A stretch of DNA of 63,128 bases, counting the filler, from Reticulomyxa filosa (taxonomy: Eukaryota > Protista > Foraminifera), in the NCBI GenBank assembly GCA_000512085.1. It is 14 parts of 14 records of this genome, joined end to end, with 100 filler letters (N's around TTAATTAATTAA, not from the genome) between each part and the next. Parts side by side here need not be neighbours in the genome. Positions count along the whole stretch, not along the records: positions 1 to 17,073 come from ASPP01004959.1; 13 more parts are not named here. One strand, written 5' to 3'. Made by a program: the position numbers and the translations under genes. This document shows, piece by piece, positions 1 through 15,200 of this stretch; the stretch's first letter is position 1; the number at the start of each line of letters is the position of its first letter. Below the pieces are notes generated by a model. That model was not told where the DNA came from and made no database searches. It worked only from the letters and a program-made list of their open reading frames with translations.

Positions 1-898
1 TTTTTTTTTTTTGGGAGAAAAAAAAAAAGGTTAAAGAAACCAAATTTTAACAATACCTCACCGATAAGTAAAAAATATAAACATTGCCACTCGGGTCAAT
101 ACGACTGACCAAAAACCAGCCGCAATTTGATCAGAACCTTTTCGTTTATACCAACTTTCTTGCGCGTTTTGTCAATGAAAATTTTTTAAGGTAAAAATTA
201 AAATCTAAAAATAAAAAAGAAAAATTTTTTTTGTGTTACAGCTCAAGTGGGCAGGATTAAAACTAGTGCAAAATATCCAGAATGCACACAGCACATGAGT
301 TGCGTATACGAAAGTCAACGTTCGGCGAAGCGTCTTTCTTACCACTGCCATTGAGCGCCTCAAGAAACGGAAAAAAAAGTAGAACATCCAAGCGAAATTA
401 TGAAGTAAACACAAGGTTGGGACTGCAATTTCCACCACTCGATGTTCATGGAATCGATATGTGTCCATGTTCAACGAATCTTATTTGTTTTGTCGCTGAT
501 GTTTTACGTTTATCTAAAAAATTATGTTCTCCTTGTTCCGACCAAAACAGAGGACGTTGACTGTCTTTTTTGAACTAAATGTAAAAAATTATAGGATAAT
601 ATAAAGTTTGATGTGTACGCACAAGCAAAAAATCATTTCAATTTTGAAAAAATGTTAAGTTAGCGCAAAATACAAAACATCTTTTGCAGATGTCCGTAAA
701 AGAATTTTTTTACGTGAAGAAAAAGTCAGGCTAAATGAAAATTGATTTTTTGTGTACAAAAAGAATGCTATGAAATTTAAAATGAAAATGTTAAACAAAC
801 TAAGCCAAGCAAAGGAAGGAAATCGGTGCTTGAAAAGCCTAGGAAAACTAAGTGGTACAATGTAAAAACAAAAAGAACGCTTGTAGTTGTGTGTTTGT

Positions 899-2540
<1,642 letters not shown>

Positions 2541-3087
2541 TCAATGTAACAATGAGACTAAAATAAATAAGTTGAAAAGTCAAGAAAAATTTCTAAATTA
2601 ATTCACTTTGAATTTTCTGTCAAGATAGGTAAAGTAACGAAATTTGACAATTTAGTTGAGTATTTATGATGTCAAATTGACGTTGATCAATTTAAGAAAC
2701 AGAGTTAACATTTTTTGGGATTAACAATCGCTCAGACAATAAAGGGATGATCCGTTTTTATTAAGTATTTAATCTTTTTGTTCTAGCACAGTACGTTAAG
2801 ATTAGGCCATTGTTCTTGCAATTGATATTTTGATGAACTTTTCAGGAGCAACATATTCTGTTACTCTTTCACTAACTCTCAATAAACACTTATTCCATAA
2901 CTGCAGCGATATGAGTATATAAAAAAACAACATAATAGCTTTTCTCTTGCTATTTTTATATGCAAAGGCGTTTTTTTAAAAATCGGTTCACGTTAAAAAA
3001 GAGTACAGTGCAAAAGTCTGTTAAAAAATAGTCACCCTATTTTCTTTTTCCACTCACTGACTTACCAGCATTTTAAAGTAAACACAG

Positions 3088-5123
3088 ATGGTTGAAATGT
3101 CGCAGTTCATAATTTTGAACAGCAATGTTGAAAATAAATTTCAGCGCTCCATTCCCATGAGCCACTTGGTGACGCCTAACGTTTGGCCATGCACCCTCGT
3201 AGATGCAAATTCGACAAATGCGATCATTGGTCACCAACCATCGACTTTTTCAGTGCAACCAATGGTAATATTGACCCCACAGCAGAGTATGTGTAGTTGT
3301 GAAAATAAATGTCCTGGTGTTGTTCCTCCACGGGAACAGGGCAGCAGTGGTGTCTCTCACAACAATTTGACGTATTCTCAGCTTTATCCCTGCCAAAACG
3401 CTCAAGATTGTGTGGATTTCTCCAAGAAAGGATCAGCATTCCTGATCGGTAACGCGAACCACTTTTCTTTGCTATGCCATGGCAGCAGCATTAATAAGAT
3501 TCCATCAAAGAAAAATTCAGAAGCAGAAACCCCTTTATTATGGAAACTCAACTTGGGATCCTCTACAAGTATGTATACTGAACCTTTCAGGAAGATTGTT
3601 GGCAATATCCATCAAACCAAAAGTAGTGAAGGAGAACATTGGGCAATGCACCATAACACTTATAGTGGGAATGCGTCTGCCAATACTGTACACGGAATGC
3701 AACCGATGTTGCAATGCGAAAGTATAAACACAACCACAGATACTATGAACATAAGAGCAGCCGATTCCAAAAAGATTTCCTTGTGGAATGAAAGTAAAAA
3801 TGAAGTTCTTTTATCCCTGCTCGAGGTTAATCGTGAGCTACAGATCCAAGATCCCGAACAATCGTTGCTGCGGCTAAATATTGGAACTAGTCCAAGCAAA
3901 AATCAATGTCACGACAATAGCATAGCTATTAACCCAACAAGTCTACTAAAAAAAAAAAAAAAAGTGGTCTTGCAACTATTAACAATTTTTACGTATACTT
4001 TTTTAAAAACATTTTTTGTATCAGGAAACGATAGTACAGTGGAAAAAAGTACACGAGTAAAGTGCAATAAAAACAGCGATGTAGAACTGAAATTACCAAC
4101 GAACTCTCCCGCAAATGATTATATAGGCGTAACTGATAAGAAATGGCTATGTAATATTTGCGGAAAAAAATACAAGTACATAACCAATTTGATAAGTCAT
4201 TTTGCAGTACATACTACAAAAGCTTTAGAATGTGGTTATTGTCACAAAGTTTAGTATCTTTAGATAAGGGAGCAGTGGAAATAAGAGAGATAAAATTGCA
4301 CATTTTCTGGACCTTGTCATAAAACATATGTACGTCTCATAAAAGGTTTTCACAAAGGCACTAAAAAAACAAAAAAAAAGGTGTAAAAATTGTATACGTA
4401 AGAGGTTTTGGGTATATGGGATGAACTTTGAACAGAAATTTGGTCGCAAAACAAATTATGTAGAACACTTACGAATACACACAAACGAACGCCCCTATAA
4501 ATGCCGCTATTGTGATAAAAGTTTCAAACAAAATCACGGGTATGAAGCTTGTTTTTACACGAATTCTCAGTACAAAATTTTTTTATTCGTGCTCATCCAA
4601 AAAACCTTTGCGACACTGGTTTTTTTGATCCAAGTTTTTTTTGGGGGCACACATTCCTTTAGCCTTGCATGAAATGAAAAAGACAAATAACGTTTGTTGT
4701 TTTTGTAATGTGTTTGACTAAACAGGTGGAGAGATCATGGTATGTTAGAGGAGATGCAAAATATACAACAAAAAATTTATATAGATTGTGCAGATAAAAT
4801 TTTAGAACTGTACTTTTGCCGTTGTTTCAATTTCTTGAGGAGCAAATTTCTTTTTTTGAGGTTAAAACAAAAAACTTTTGGAAAATTTGTGTGTGAGGTA
4901 CATAGAAAGAATACACACCAATGAAAAGCCACATGTCTGTGATATTTGTGGAAAGCGTTTTACAGTAAGACATAATCTAGTGGTACACAAAAGAATCCAC
5001 ACTGGGGAGAGGCCCTATTGTTGTGAATATTGCAGAAAACGATTCCGCCAAAAGTCAGCTTATAATGCCCATATTAAAAATGTTCACAAAATCACGAACC
5101 AAATGCGATTAAACGCAAAGTAA
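3088..5123 (+). CDS. C2H2 zinc-finger transcription factor (multi-exon, about 5 fingers)
   Basis: [49 protein letters not shown] and [12 protein letters not shown] are Kruppel-type fingers and linkers; low-complexity N-terminus. Confidence 0.9.
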
Positions 5124-5585
5124 AAGGTCTTTTTTTTGTCTTGTTCTGATCATTACTTTTGATTCCATTTTTTGTGCGTTTCAAATTACAAGGTTTTAGT
5201 TTATTTTTTCTTCACCCCGCATTTTTATGATCTTTTTTTAATTTTTATTGAGGACATGGTAGTGTTACTTGGTCCCTATATGTGGGCCTTGTTACTCGAC
5301 CGAGATTAAATTATTGCACAGGCTTGTAAATTATAACATTTTAGTGTTGTATCAAATTGCATAAACTCATGAACACAAGCAATATATGCACCTTTAACGA
5401 ACAGCAAAGTACTTGCTATAATCTAGATCGTAAAATAAATCTTTTAAACTAAATACTCCATAAAAATTACTTGCATGCATACCGACATTTGCAGAACTGA
5501 AAAGTACTTGGATATGTTTGCACAGTGAGCATTTCAAAAAAAAAGGGTTCATTCCCATTCTTTGTGAAGATTACGTGAAGCTTAA

Positions 5586-6476
5586 ATGAGCAAACCAGCA
5601 TCAGGAGGGATAGCGTCTTCACAAGACGCAAACGTGGATAGACGAAATCGTTTGCGTGAGCTAACATTCGAAACCATTGACTTAAAAAACGTTTGTTTTC
5701 CATACTTTTTGGATAAAGAGAACAGAAAGGGACGTATTACTAATCTAATGAAAACAAATAGGATCCTTATTTCCTGCGAAATCATTTAGGATCTTACGAG
5801 TGTCGTCTATGTTTGACATTGCATATGAATGAGGCTAGTTACCTGGCGCACACCGAAGGAAAACGACACCAGCACAATTTAAAACGAAGAGGTGGAGTTT
5901 AAAATACTTTGTTATAATTTCTTTTTAATAAAAAGGATAAAAAATAATGTATTCTCAAAACGGCGAATCGCAAACATTTTTTATTTAGCACCTTTTTTAC
6001 GTTGAGAATACGAAAATAAAACACTGGATTTTATTTCTTTTCAAACAATAGCTGCTCGTAGAGCCAAAGAAGACGCAAATAACCCCAACAAACCAGCACC
6101 TGTACGTTCTAAGATTCTCCCACGCAGAACACAAAAGATTGGAACTCCTGGCTACAAAGTTGTCAAACAAAAAGATGTAAGCACTGGCCAATTGTCTTTG
6201 CTGTTTCGTATTCATTACAGTGAAATTGAAAAAGATTTACAACCTCGACACCGCTTTGTCAGTACATTTGCACAAAAGGTAGAAAGCCAAGATAAAAATT
6301 ACCAGTACGTGCTGTTTGCTGCTGAGCCATATGATACAATTGGCTTTAAAATTCCAAATATTCGAATTGACAAAGATCCAACCAAATTGTTGACACATTG
6401 GAATCCAGACACCAAAGACTTTACACTGCAAATGTTTTTTGAAGCCACTGCCGACAATTATGATAAATACACATAA
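5586..6476 (+). CDS. SF3A2: splicing factor 3A subunit 2 (SAP62/Prp11), 3 exons
   Basis: DRRNRLRELTFETIDL, then DPYFLRNHLGSYECRLCLTLHMNEASYLAHTEGKRHQHNL (U1-type Zn finger, about 5762-5890), then KIGTPGYKV, PRHRFVSTFAQKVE and YQYVLFAAEPYDTIGFKIP. Confidence 0.93.
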
Positions 6477-6928
6477 TAGGCTATCTAATTTGTTCACATC
6501 TTCCAAATAATGAATGTTCCCATGACGTGCTACAATTTTCTGCGAAAGATATTTGCACTAAAGGCTTTAATCTTGCACTTTTTTGATAAAAATTTGAACG
6601 TCAAGAAGAATAGCATATTTTACCACAAAATTTTGACTGATTTCAATTCGTCGAAGTAAAGTTTTATTTGTGCTTTTAATGTTGACACTTTGTCCTAATT
6701 CATCACGTTAAAATTTGTTCAAAAGTTGCTCAAGTTCTTAGAAAAACTATTTTTGCTTTTTTAAAATCCAGAACGCAGTACTGCAGCAATTTTGACTTTT
6801 AAACTTAGCCATGGGAATATGCCAAAAACTACAGCAATCAAAGTGAAATTGTTAAATAATATTAAAAAACATCAGATTTTATCTTTATTTTTAGGAGGCA
6901 AAATAGGAGATGGTGAGAATAGAGCAAG

Positions 6929-8639
6929 TCACTTTTTGGGGGCAACATTTAATCTTTTAAGGATTTTTCGAATATCTTTTGCGTCCAAAGTACAGGCATC
7001 GACGTTGTTATTAGCATTTGTTTTTTGTTGTTTTTTTTCTTGTATACAATATATTTTTTCAAAGTCTTGGTAAAATTGTCGACAAAATTGCCATATAAGC
7101 GAATGCCTTGCAAGATTTGTTCCCGCGGTAATCTTTGTAATAACTTGTTTCCCAATGCTTCCATGCTAAAGTCTTCATTTTTATTGTGAAGATTAGGTTG
7201 TACTTCTTCTTTTGTATCTTTGTGACTTTCCTCAATATTGCAAAAATCTAGCATTTCCATTCGCTCTTCATTTTCGACTATTACAAAGACAAAACAAATA
7301 ATATAAATGGTAGTTGATTTAGATTAATGTTTTAATGATCCAATTTGTTCAAACTTAAGAAGAAGCAGCCACAAGTTTTGTAAAGTTCTTTGCATTGATT
7401 GCATTCACATAAATCGTCCAACCAATGATATCGCAGCCAAATTCCTCCGCCAATCATAGTCATGTCAAAATGTGTATGTTGAAGTTTTGCATTAGTGATG
7501 CAAGTGAATTCATTCCTTTTGTTTGGAATGGTATCCTCACTTTTGACTTCGCCATTCATATTGTCAGTTGATGTCTGCAAATTTTGTTTCACTCGTTTTG
7601 TTTTTGGAGGTTGTAATTCATCATTATGTGCAGATACAGCACAAGGAGAAGGATGCTCTTCATTCGTTTGAGATATTTCGCTCCTTTTTCGTTTTCGACC
7701 AATCGTCAAGTTTTCATCACTTTTGATATGAGTTTCATGAGTATTACTATTCAAACAGTTGTCACTGCTATTGTTATTCAGCTTGTCATCTACATTCGTC
7801 GTTTTTTTAGGCTCGATTCCTTCTTTTTCCATATGGCGATATTGCCACAAGAATGAGCACAACTGAGCACAATCTCTACACACAAAATCTAAGTCTTCTC
7901 TTGTGTCTTGACTTGCAATCAATTCGCGTTTGGTATGCAATGCGTCGACACACTTGTCATGAAACCAATCTTGACATCTGCGAAAAAAAATGCAAATGGA
8001 CAACCAAAAAAAAAAAAAAATTAGCAATTTTGTACTATGTTTCCAAAGGGAGGGAGATATGTGCCAATACGGACATGCACAATAACATATGACTTGTTTT
8101 TTTTTTTAAAGTAAAAAATTGCTATAATGCGAGAAAACAAAAAATTACCTCAAACACTGGATCATGGTGTCACTAGATGGTTGATACCCTTGACGGCAAT
8201 AACAGTATTTGCCAATAAAGTTTTCATTGTATTTATTTTGATCGTTCAGGGGGTCTTTTGGAATTGGACAAATTTCACAAACATGTGAGGGTTTATCTTT
8301 CTTGCGAAATTTTTCGTTGCCACAGTCACAACGAAAGTGCCTTTTTTCCCATAACTCAACAATGTCGTGTTGGAGATGGCAATTCATTGCACAGCCCAAA
8401 CATACACCTGAATACGTCATTTCATTTGTTTCGTCGTTCTTCATACACGTCAAACATGCATACACCGGTTGCGTTAGATAACCTTTTGTGTATGTGCATT
8501 CGTTCAGTCGCTCCTCTCCTGCGTAGGTGGACAAAACTTGAGCTACTTTTTCGTTCTCTGTTTGTGCTTCCAAGAGCTCTGATAATGAGATAGCTTCCTC
8601 ATTGGAGAAATTTGTCTGTAAAATGCTCTCCAAGGACAT
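6929..8639 (-). CDS. UBR7: UBR7-like E3 ligase (UBR-box plus PHD finger), multi-exon
   Basis: CTYTKGYLTQPVYACLTC...GVCLGCAMNCHLQHDIVELWEKRHFRCDCGN, then NKYNENFIGKYCYCRQGY..MIQC and CQDWFHDKC...FVCRDC; the 3' end is uncertain (likely homopolymer frameshift near 7030). Confidence 0.9.
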
Positions 8640-8950
8640 ATCAAGATAATATTAAAGTATGCGAGAAAATTTTTTTCCTGAAAAGGAGAGCAAAGTCAGA
8701 GTTGAACTCCGGCTCAAGTTCCGCTTTCTTATCTTAAATAACTGTAACCAAATATTACATAAAATAAGTTTTTTTTATGATATAAGCTTGATTTTAACTG
8801 AATGAACATTTTTACGTGCTGAGACATTACAAAAATTAAAAGGAGGAACTTTTTTGAACGGGACGCCTTTTTTTTTAGTTGTTACAAGTTTTTCCTTTGT
8901 TTTGGTCTTGTTTTTTTAGTTAATCTCATCTTTATTTTAAAAAGTAAGCT
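8640..8950. promoter_or_regulatory. putative bidirectional promoter for UBR7 and actin
   Basis: Head-to-head start codons only 311 bp apart. Confidence 0.5.
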
Positions 8951-10147
8951 ATGGACGGAGAGGAGGCACAAGCATTGGTTGTTGACAATGGCAGTGGTAT
9001 GGTGAAAGCTGGTTTCAGCGGTGACGACGCTCCACGAGCTGTCTTTCCAAGCATTGTCGGAAGACCAAAACATGAAGGTGTAATGGTCGGAATGGCACAG
9101 AAAGATGCCTATGTTGGTGATGAGGCACAAAGCAAAAGGGGTATTTTACAATTAAAATATCCTATCGAACACGGCATTGTAACAAGCTGGGATGACATGG
9201 AAAAGATATGGCATCACACTTTTTACAAGTTAAATTTTTTATACGTAAAACACCCACAAATTCGCATCTTGTTAACAAAATGTTTTGTTTGATAGTGAGC
9301 TTCGCATTCAACCTGAAGAACACGCAGTTCTTTTGACCGAGGCTCCATTGAACCCTAAAGCAAACCGAGAAAAAATGACTCAAATTATGTTTGAGACATT
9401 TAACACCCCTTCGATGTACGTAGGCATTCAAGCTGTGTTGTCATTGTACGCAAGTGGACGAACCACTGGTATTGTGTTGGATGCTGGTGATGGAGTGTCA
9501 CACACAGTCCCAATTTACGAGGGATACGCCTTGCCACACGCTATTTTGCGTTTGGATTTGGCTGGACGAGACTTGACTGATTACTTGATGAAAATCTTGA
9601 CGGAAAGAGGATATTCTTTCACAACCAGCGCTGAAAGAGAAATTGTCCGTGACATTAAGGAAAAATTGGCTTATGTTGCCGAAGATTACCAGGCAGAATT
9701 GAAGAAAGCTGAAACCTCAAGTGACATTGAGAAAAACTACGAATTGCCTGACGGACAAGTCATCACCATTGGTGCTGAACGATTCCGATGCCCTGAGGTA
9801 TTGTTTTCACCCAACTTGATTGGAAAGGAAAGTGAGGGAATCCACAAATTGGCTTACGAAAGTATCATGAAATGCGATGTGGACATCCGTCGAGATTTGT
9901 ACACAAACACTGTGTTGTCTGGAGGCACAACCATGTTCCCTAACATTGATGTCCGTTTGACCAAGGAAATGACTACCTTGGCTCCTGCCAGTATCCGAGT
10001 AAAAATTGTTGCTCCTCCTGAAGAAAATACAGTGTCTGGATCGGAGGAAGCATTTTGAGCAGCTTGAGCACCTTCCAGGAAATGTGGATCACAAAAGACG
10101 AGTATGACGAAAGTGGTCCTGGCATTGTACACAGAAAATGCTTTTAA
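8951..10147 (+). CDS. ACT: actin (intron 9229-9295; 1-nt frameshift at about 10022)
   Basis: [22 protein letters not shown]...; restoring one A gives [43 protein letters not shown]. Confidence 0.97.
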
Positions 10148-10785
10148 ACTTTCAATAATTGCAGTAACAAAGCCATTTTTGGTTGAAATGTGCAATAATT
10201 GTGTCTGACTAGACTTCTTATTGGCCTTTTGAAAATATTGCTATTGTATATGTTTGTGATGTTTCAGGAGTTGCTAGTTTGAGGTTTATACGATGCGATT
10301 GTTGCATTTGTATTTTTGTTAATTGCAATTGAAATCGTTTTTGTTTTGTTGAAAGGATAAAAAAATTCCGTACTTCATTTGTTAGCAACTAAAATTTTTG
10401 ACAAAATTGCGGATTATGAAATCAAAAAACGAATAACATTGAAACGATATTTGAACAACTCGTTTTATCCAATTTGTTTTAATTTTTTTACAACAGTAAA
10501 GTTATTGTTTCGAGAATTTGCCAATTTATGAACTTGGACTTTAGCTTTTTTAAGAATTTTTTGTGCACGAACATTGTGAAACAAGACAAAGAATAATACG
10601 TAAAAATTCAGGATTAAAATATTTATTTATTAATGGGATTTAATTAACATAAGGACGTAATGTGGGCTTATAAAAAATAATACTGCTTGCAGATGGTATG
10701 ATTAAACAAGGGTTTGCTTACGGCTCGTTTGAACTTTTGACCGACTCTCAAAATACCCTTTTATTTACTATTATTACCCCCAAAA

Positions 10786-11675
10786 ATGAGTCAAGAAGAA
10801 GCCAAGGAAGAAAACAAGACTAATACTGAAAAAAAACCGGAAAAAGTGGAGAAAGGAGACGAAACAGAAGAAGTAGAGGAAGGCAACTGGCTGCCCTTGG
10901 AAAGTAACCCGGAAGTATTAAATGATTTTGCACGAAGAATGGGCTTACCTGAGGACTATGCATTCCACGAAGTGTTTGGATTTGACGAAGAGACACTCGC
11001 GTTCACACCACAGCCCGTGTTAGCGGCCGTTCTGTTGTTCCCTTCCTCCAAGAACATCAAAGCATTCAAAGCCAAGCAAAGAGTGGATATTGAAGCCAAT
11101 GGACAAGTGTTGGATAATAGTTTATTTTACTTATATCAACACGACAAGTTATAACGAACAAATAAAATGAAAACTGTAATTAATAACAAATACGAGATAT
11201 TTAAAAAAAAACTCTTCATTTGAATTGTGATGTTGAAAGCATTGGAAACGCTTGTGGTACGATTGCAATGATTCATTGTTTGAGCAATTCTGTCCCGTTG
11301 AGTGACGGTCCGCTATCAACATTTACGAAGAGCACTAAAGACATGAATTGGATCGATCGTGGCTGGGCCTTGTTAAAAGCCAAAGATATACAAGAGGTCA
11401 GTGATGAAACTGCTGCTAGTGAAGCCAATCAAACCGATACACCCGAACGCACAGATGACACGGATGGGCACTTTATTGCTTTTGTTCAAAAAAGTGGTAT
11501 GCTGTTTGAATTGGATGGGCGTAAAAAATTTCCCATCAATCACGGTGAAACCTCAGAGGAAACTTTCTTACATGATGTTGTCAAAGTAGTCAAAGAAAAG
11601 TTTATGGCTTTGGAGCCGAATAATGTCAATTTCAATTTGATGACATTGTCCCAAGAACAGGCTGAAGAAGATTAA
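10786..11675 (+). CDS. UCHL3: ubiquitin C-terminal hydrolase UCH-L3/L1 (peptidase C12), 2 exons
   Basis: WLPLESNPEV, IGNACGTIAMIH (catalytic Cys), HFIAF and ELDGRK (catalytic His and Asp). Confidence 0.93.
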
Positions 11676-12295
11676 TTGGTTAGCTTTGCTTCCATTTTGT
11701 TCATTTTTTAACAGAAAGGCAATAAAGAAGCTTTTTTTGAATAAATTTTGGTTCATTCGGTTGATGAATGCACATTTTAAAAAAATTCTAGCTTATATTC
11801 CTTCGGCCAAACTTCTAAAATCTTATTTCTTTTTAATACTTTTTGTGCTTTCTTCAAAGTAATTGCTTGTTCGACTAATGAAATAATTTCATAGGTATTT
11901 ACAAATTTTAAGTTAAATTGGTTTTTGTACTAAAAAAAAGCTACCCATCTAGGATAAGGAATAGCATAGCAAGAGCTATAAAAAACGCAACATGCAATTG
12001 TATACGTACACATTTACAACATCATGTTTAAGTATAAGCAACTAACTATAGAAATTTTTTGTGTTCGCACGTTGTTAGTAGTTTGCTTCTATTTTTAAAT
12101 AAGCACTTGGCAACAAGTATTTGAGTCATTGTGATTTTAGTATGAACAATTCGCAAGTTACATAGGCCAAAATTTTTGATACGAAACAAGAGTAAAAGGT
12201 AATTCCATATATTTTGTATATTAAGTAAAGACTGATGTTGGCTCGTAGTTTTTCTTTTTTTGAAGGGTTTTTAAGACAAACTTCACAATATTACG

Positions 12296-15200
12296 ATGAT
12301 TCAACTCGCTTCGACGGCTCTACTTAGCAGCCAAAAGCAACAAGAGGAAGCAGTTGAGTGTTTATGTAATGTATATTTTCTTACTAATAATAGACATCTT
12401 GAAAACAAAAGTCTAACGTTTTGACGTATTCAACAATATCAAATTCAGCTTGTGCAGTCAAAGGATATAAACAATGCAGAGGAATTGAGAGACGCACTAT
12501 TTATGTTTTTTCGGTTGCCGGATATTGCAACATTAGGCGAGTCCGAGCAATTGTTGAAAATGGTTACAAAATATCCAATTGTTCATGATTACATGGAGCA
12601 AGATGAACAAGAAGAACTTCAAGAAATGGCGGCTTTGACAGTTTGTTTTTTTTCAAAATTTATACGTTTTTTTTCATATTTTTTTTGTTTGTGAATAATT
12701 TGGCTTTAAGGTTTCCCTTTTTGAAACTGCAAACGTTGAACATTTTTGTGTTTTGCTCAAAAAATTTGGTATTGACATATCTTATGTGAAATAGGTTCCA
12801 ATCAACGACCAACCTATACACGACACAAAAGATAACGTGACCTATGATCCTGAGGACTTAAATGAGGAGGAAATGTATCAATTGGAAGAAGTAAAAGATG
12901 TAACAAAGATGAAATTATTTGAAGAAATAACAAACGGAAAAAAAGTGAACGGCATGTGTCAGGGTTGTGGATTACCATTGATGTCTGACAAAGATAAGAG
13001 AGGATTAGAAACAAGTAAATTTTGGAAAGGGTATAAACGTGACGTAAGTGGTAGCGAAAGCGGTCACGAATATATTTTCCACAATGGTCTTTGTGTCAAG
13101 TTGCGTCGTTGCAAGGAAAGCATTCGCAACGCGGTTTACACTAATGACGGAAGTAAGAAAGAGTGGCTTTCTATCGATTATAGTGGACATGAAAAATTTG
13201 TATGTTTATTTCATTTTTATTGCATTGTCCCTTTTTTTTTTTTTTTTGAACATTGAAATGTTGGGACATGTGCCACATGTATATGCGATATTGTAATATG
13301 AAACACAACAATATGTTACATTTGATCGGATGGGTTTCTAGCCAGAACATTGCAAACCGGCGTGTTACACCACTTGGGATGAACAATTTGCTCAACAAAG
13401 CCTCCGACAAAACATAATTGAATACCGTCGAGCAGTAAAAGCAGCGATGTATCGTGAGTTGGATCTTGTAGTTTCGTGTCTTTGTATTTTGTTGGTTGCC
13501 ATTGTCGATTTTTAGGGTGTCAAAGAGGAGGAGGGATTGTATTTCATTCGATTCATTCAAAATCCGAGTATAATGCTAACAACACAGAATTCGGACCGCT
13601 TTGAAGGAATTCCTCAAGAATTAAAATATTTAGACTTTCGAGAATTTGGAGTACCTTTGTGGGACTTTTTGATTCAACAAGCCCAAATTCGCCAATTCCC
13701 CAAGTTTTGGGAATTTTTGACGTTTTTCTCATCTACTATTCCAACTCCAAAAATGTTGGACTTATTGGAGGAATACGGGAACTTTTTATTCCCATTGTAT
13801 TCCGAAAGAAATCCAGAATTGATGGATGTATTTACAATTGCTGCAGAGGTGTCCATTTATCCCATCCACACGTGCTTGTACATAGCAGCAATGCCTAGTC
13901 GATATGCTGGAAAGACATGGTCTGACGAATTGATACGCCATTGGACAGACCATTTTATTGGGATGGCGCGAGCGTTGTTATCAAATATTGAAAGTGAGCA
14001 TTTGATGGCTGTAACATTAGAATTACCAAGCAATAGTTATTTCCTCATATTATATACATATACATATATATATATTTATATATTTATATTTATACCTTAT
14101 CGATTTAATATATTCAATCTTTGGCTTTCATATGTGACATCACTAATGAATGTAATATATATGCAAGGACATATAACATACAACAACATTTAGTAAATGG
14201 ACTAACATGCTTTGACATTGCAATAAATAATGAGATGTTGCAATTCTTGCAAGACCCAAGGATTTCAGCATATGCCACAAGTATGTGGCATGAACGCAAA
14301 TTAATCCATCCCATAAAACATCTGGGAGATGAGTTGAATTATTTGGATCAACTAAAACGATTAGTTAAAACTCCCGCCAAATTTTATTACAGTCCATCTG
14401 GATTCAATATTGTTCGTACTGTTCTCTATTTGGTGTATCTGGCCTTGTTTTGTATTGTTACTTACGAATTGCGATACAATTATCACAATCACTTCAACAC
14501 TTCGGAAGTGTTGCTTTGGTGGTTCAATATCGGTCTGGTTCTCTTTGTCGTTTATTCCCTTGGCACCAATGTATGTTTTCTTTGTTTGTATATCCATTCT
14601 CTTTGAGTGAAACTGTGAACCATCTCGTCATTTTGGCCTTTTCCTTTCAGGCAAGCGGTTTCTTGAAGCGTGAATTGAACATTGTGGACGTGGTTTTGGC
14701 GTCTCTGTGGACAATTATTTTTATAATGAGGTTTATAATTCCTGCGGATCCATTGTATCACGAGGTCACGGTCTCAAATACCAATGGAACTGCTGCAACA
14801 AGTCAACGTGAGTTTGATGGGCCAAAGACAAGGAGTCAAACCGTTGTTATTGTCTTTATGACATTATGGTCAATACAAAGTATTCTGATGTGGGCCAAAA
14901 GTTAATCTTGTTTTTTTTTTTAAATGCATAAATCATCGTGCATGTATTTCCTCATTCTTGCAATTTTTTACAGTTGCATTCTTTTTGCTGCGATTAAGAA
15001 CGGTGGGACTGTTAATTCGAGCAATTACAAAGATGATCCAGTACATGGCGGTATGTCTTTTTGTGTCGCTCTTCTCTTTTCAACACGAGAAACATCTTAC
15101 ACGGAGCAAAGTTATTGTGCTTCTTTTGTTTGGATATAGAGCTGGTTGATGTTGGCGTTTTTGTTTTGGATCGGAATAACTCTTGCCAATTATTATATCA

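Noticed and set aside
205-474. Hydrophobic 89-aa minus-strand ORF at the window start
   Set aside because: It may be the first exon of a membrane protein, but there is no recognisable motif to support a call
10015-10030. Actin frameshift as a pseudogene or programmed frameshift
   Set aside because: A single missing A in an A-run with a perfectly conserved downstream C-terminus; most likely a homopolymer sequencing error
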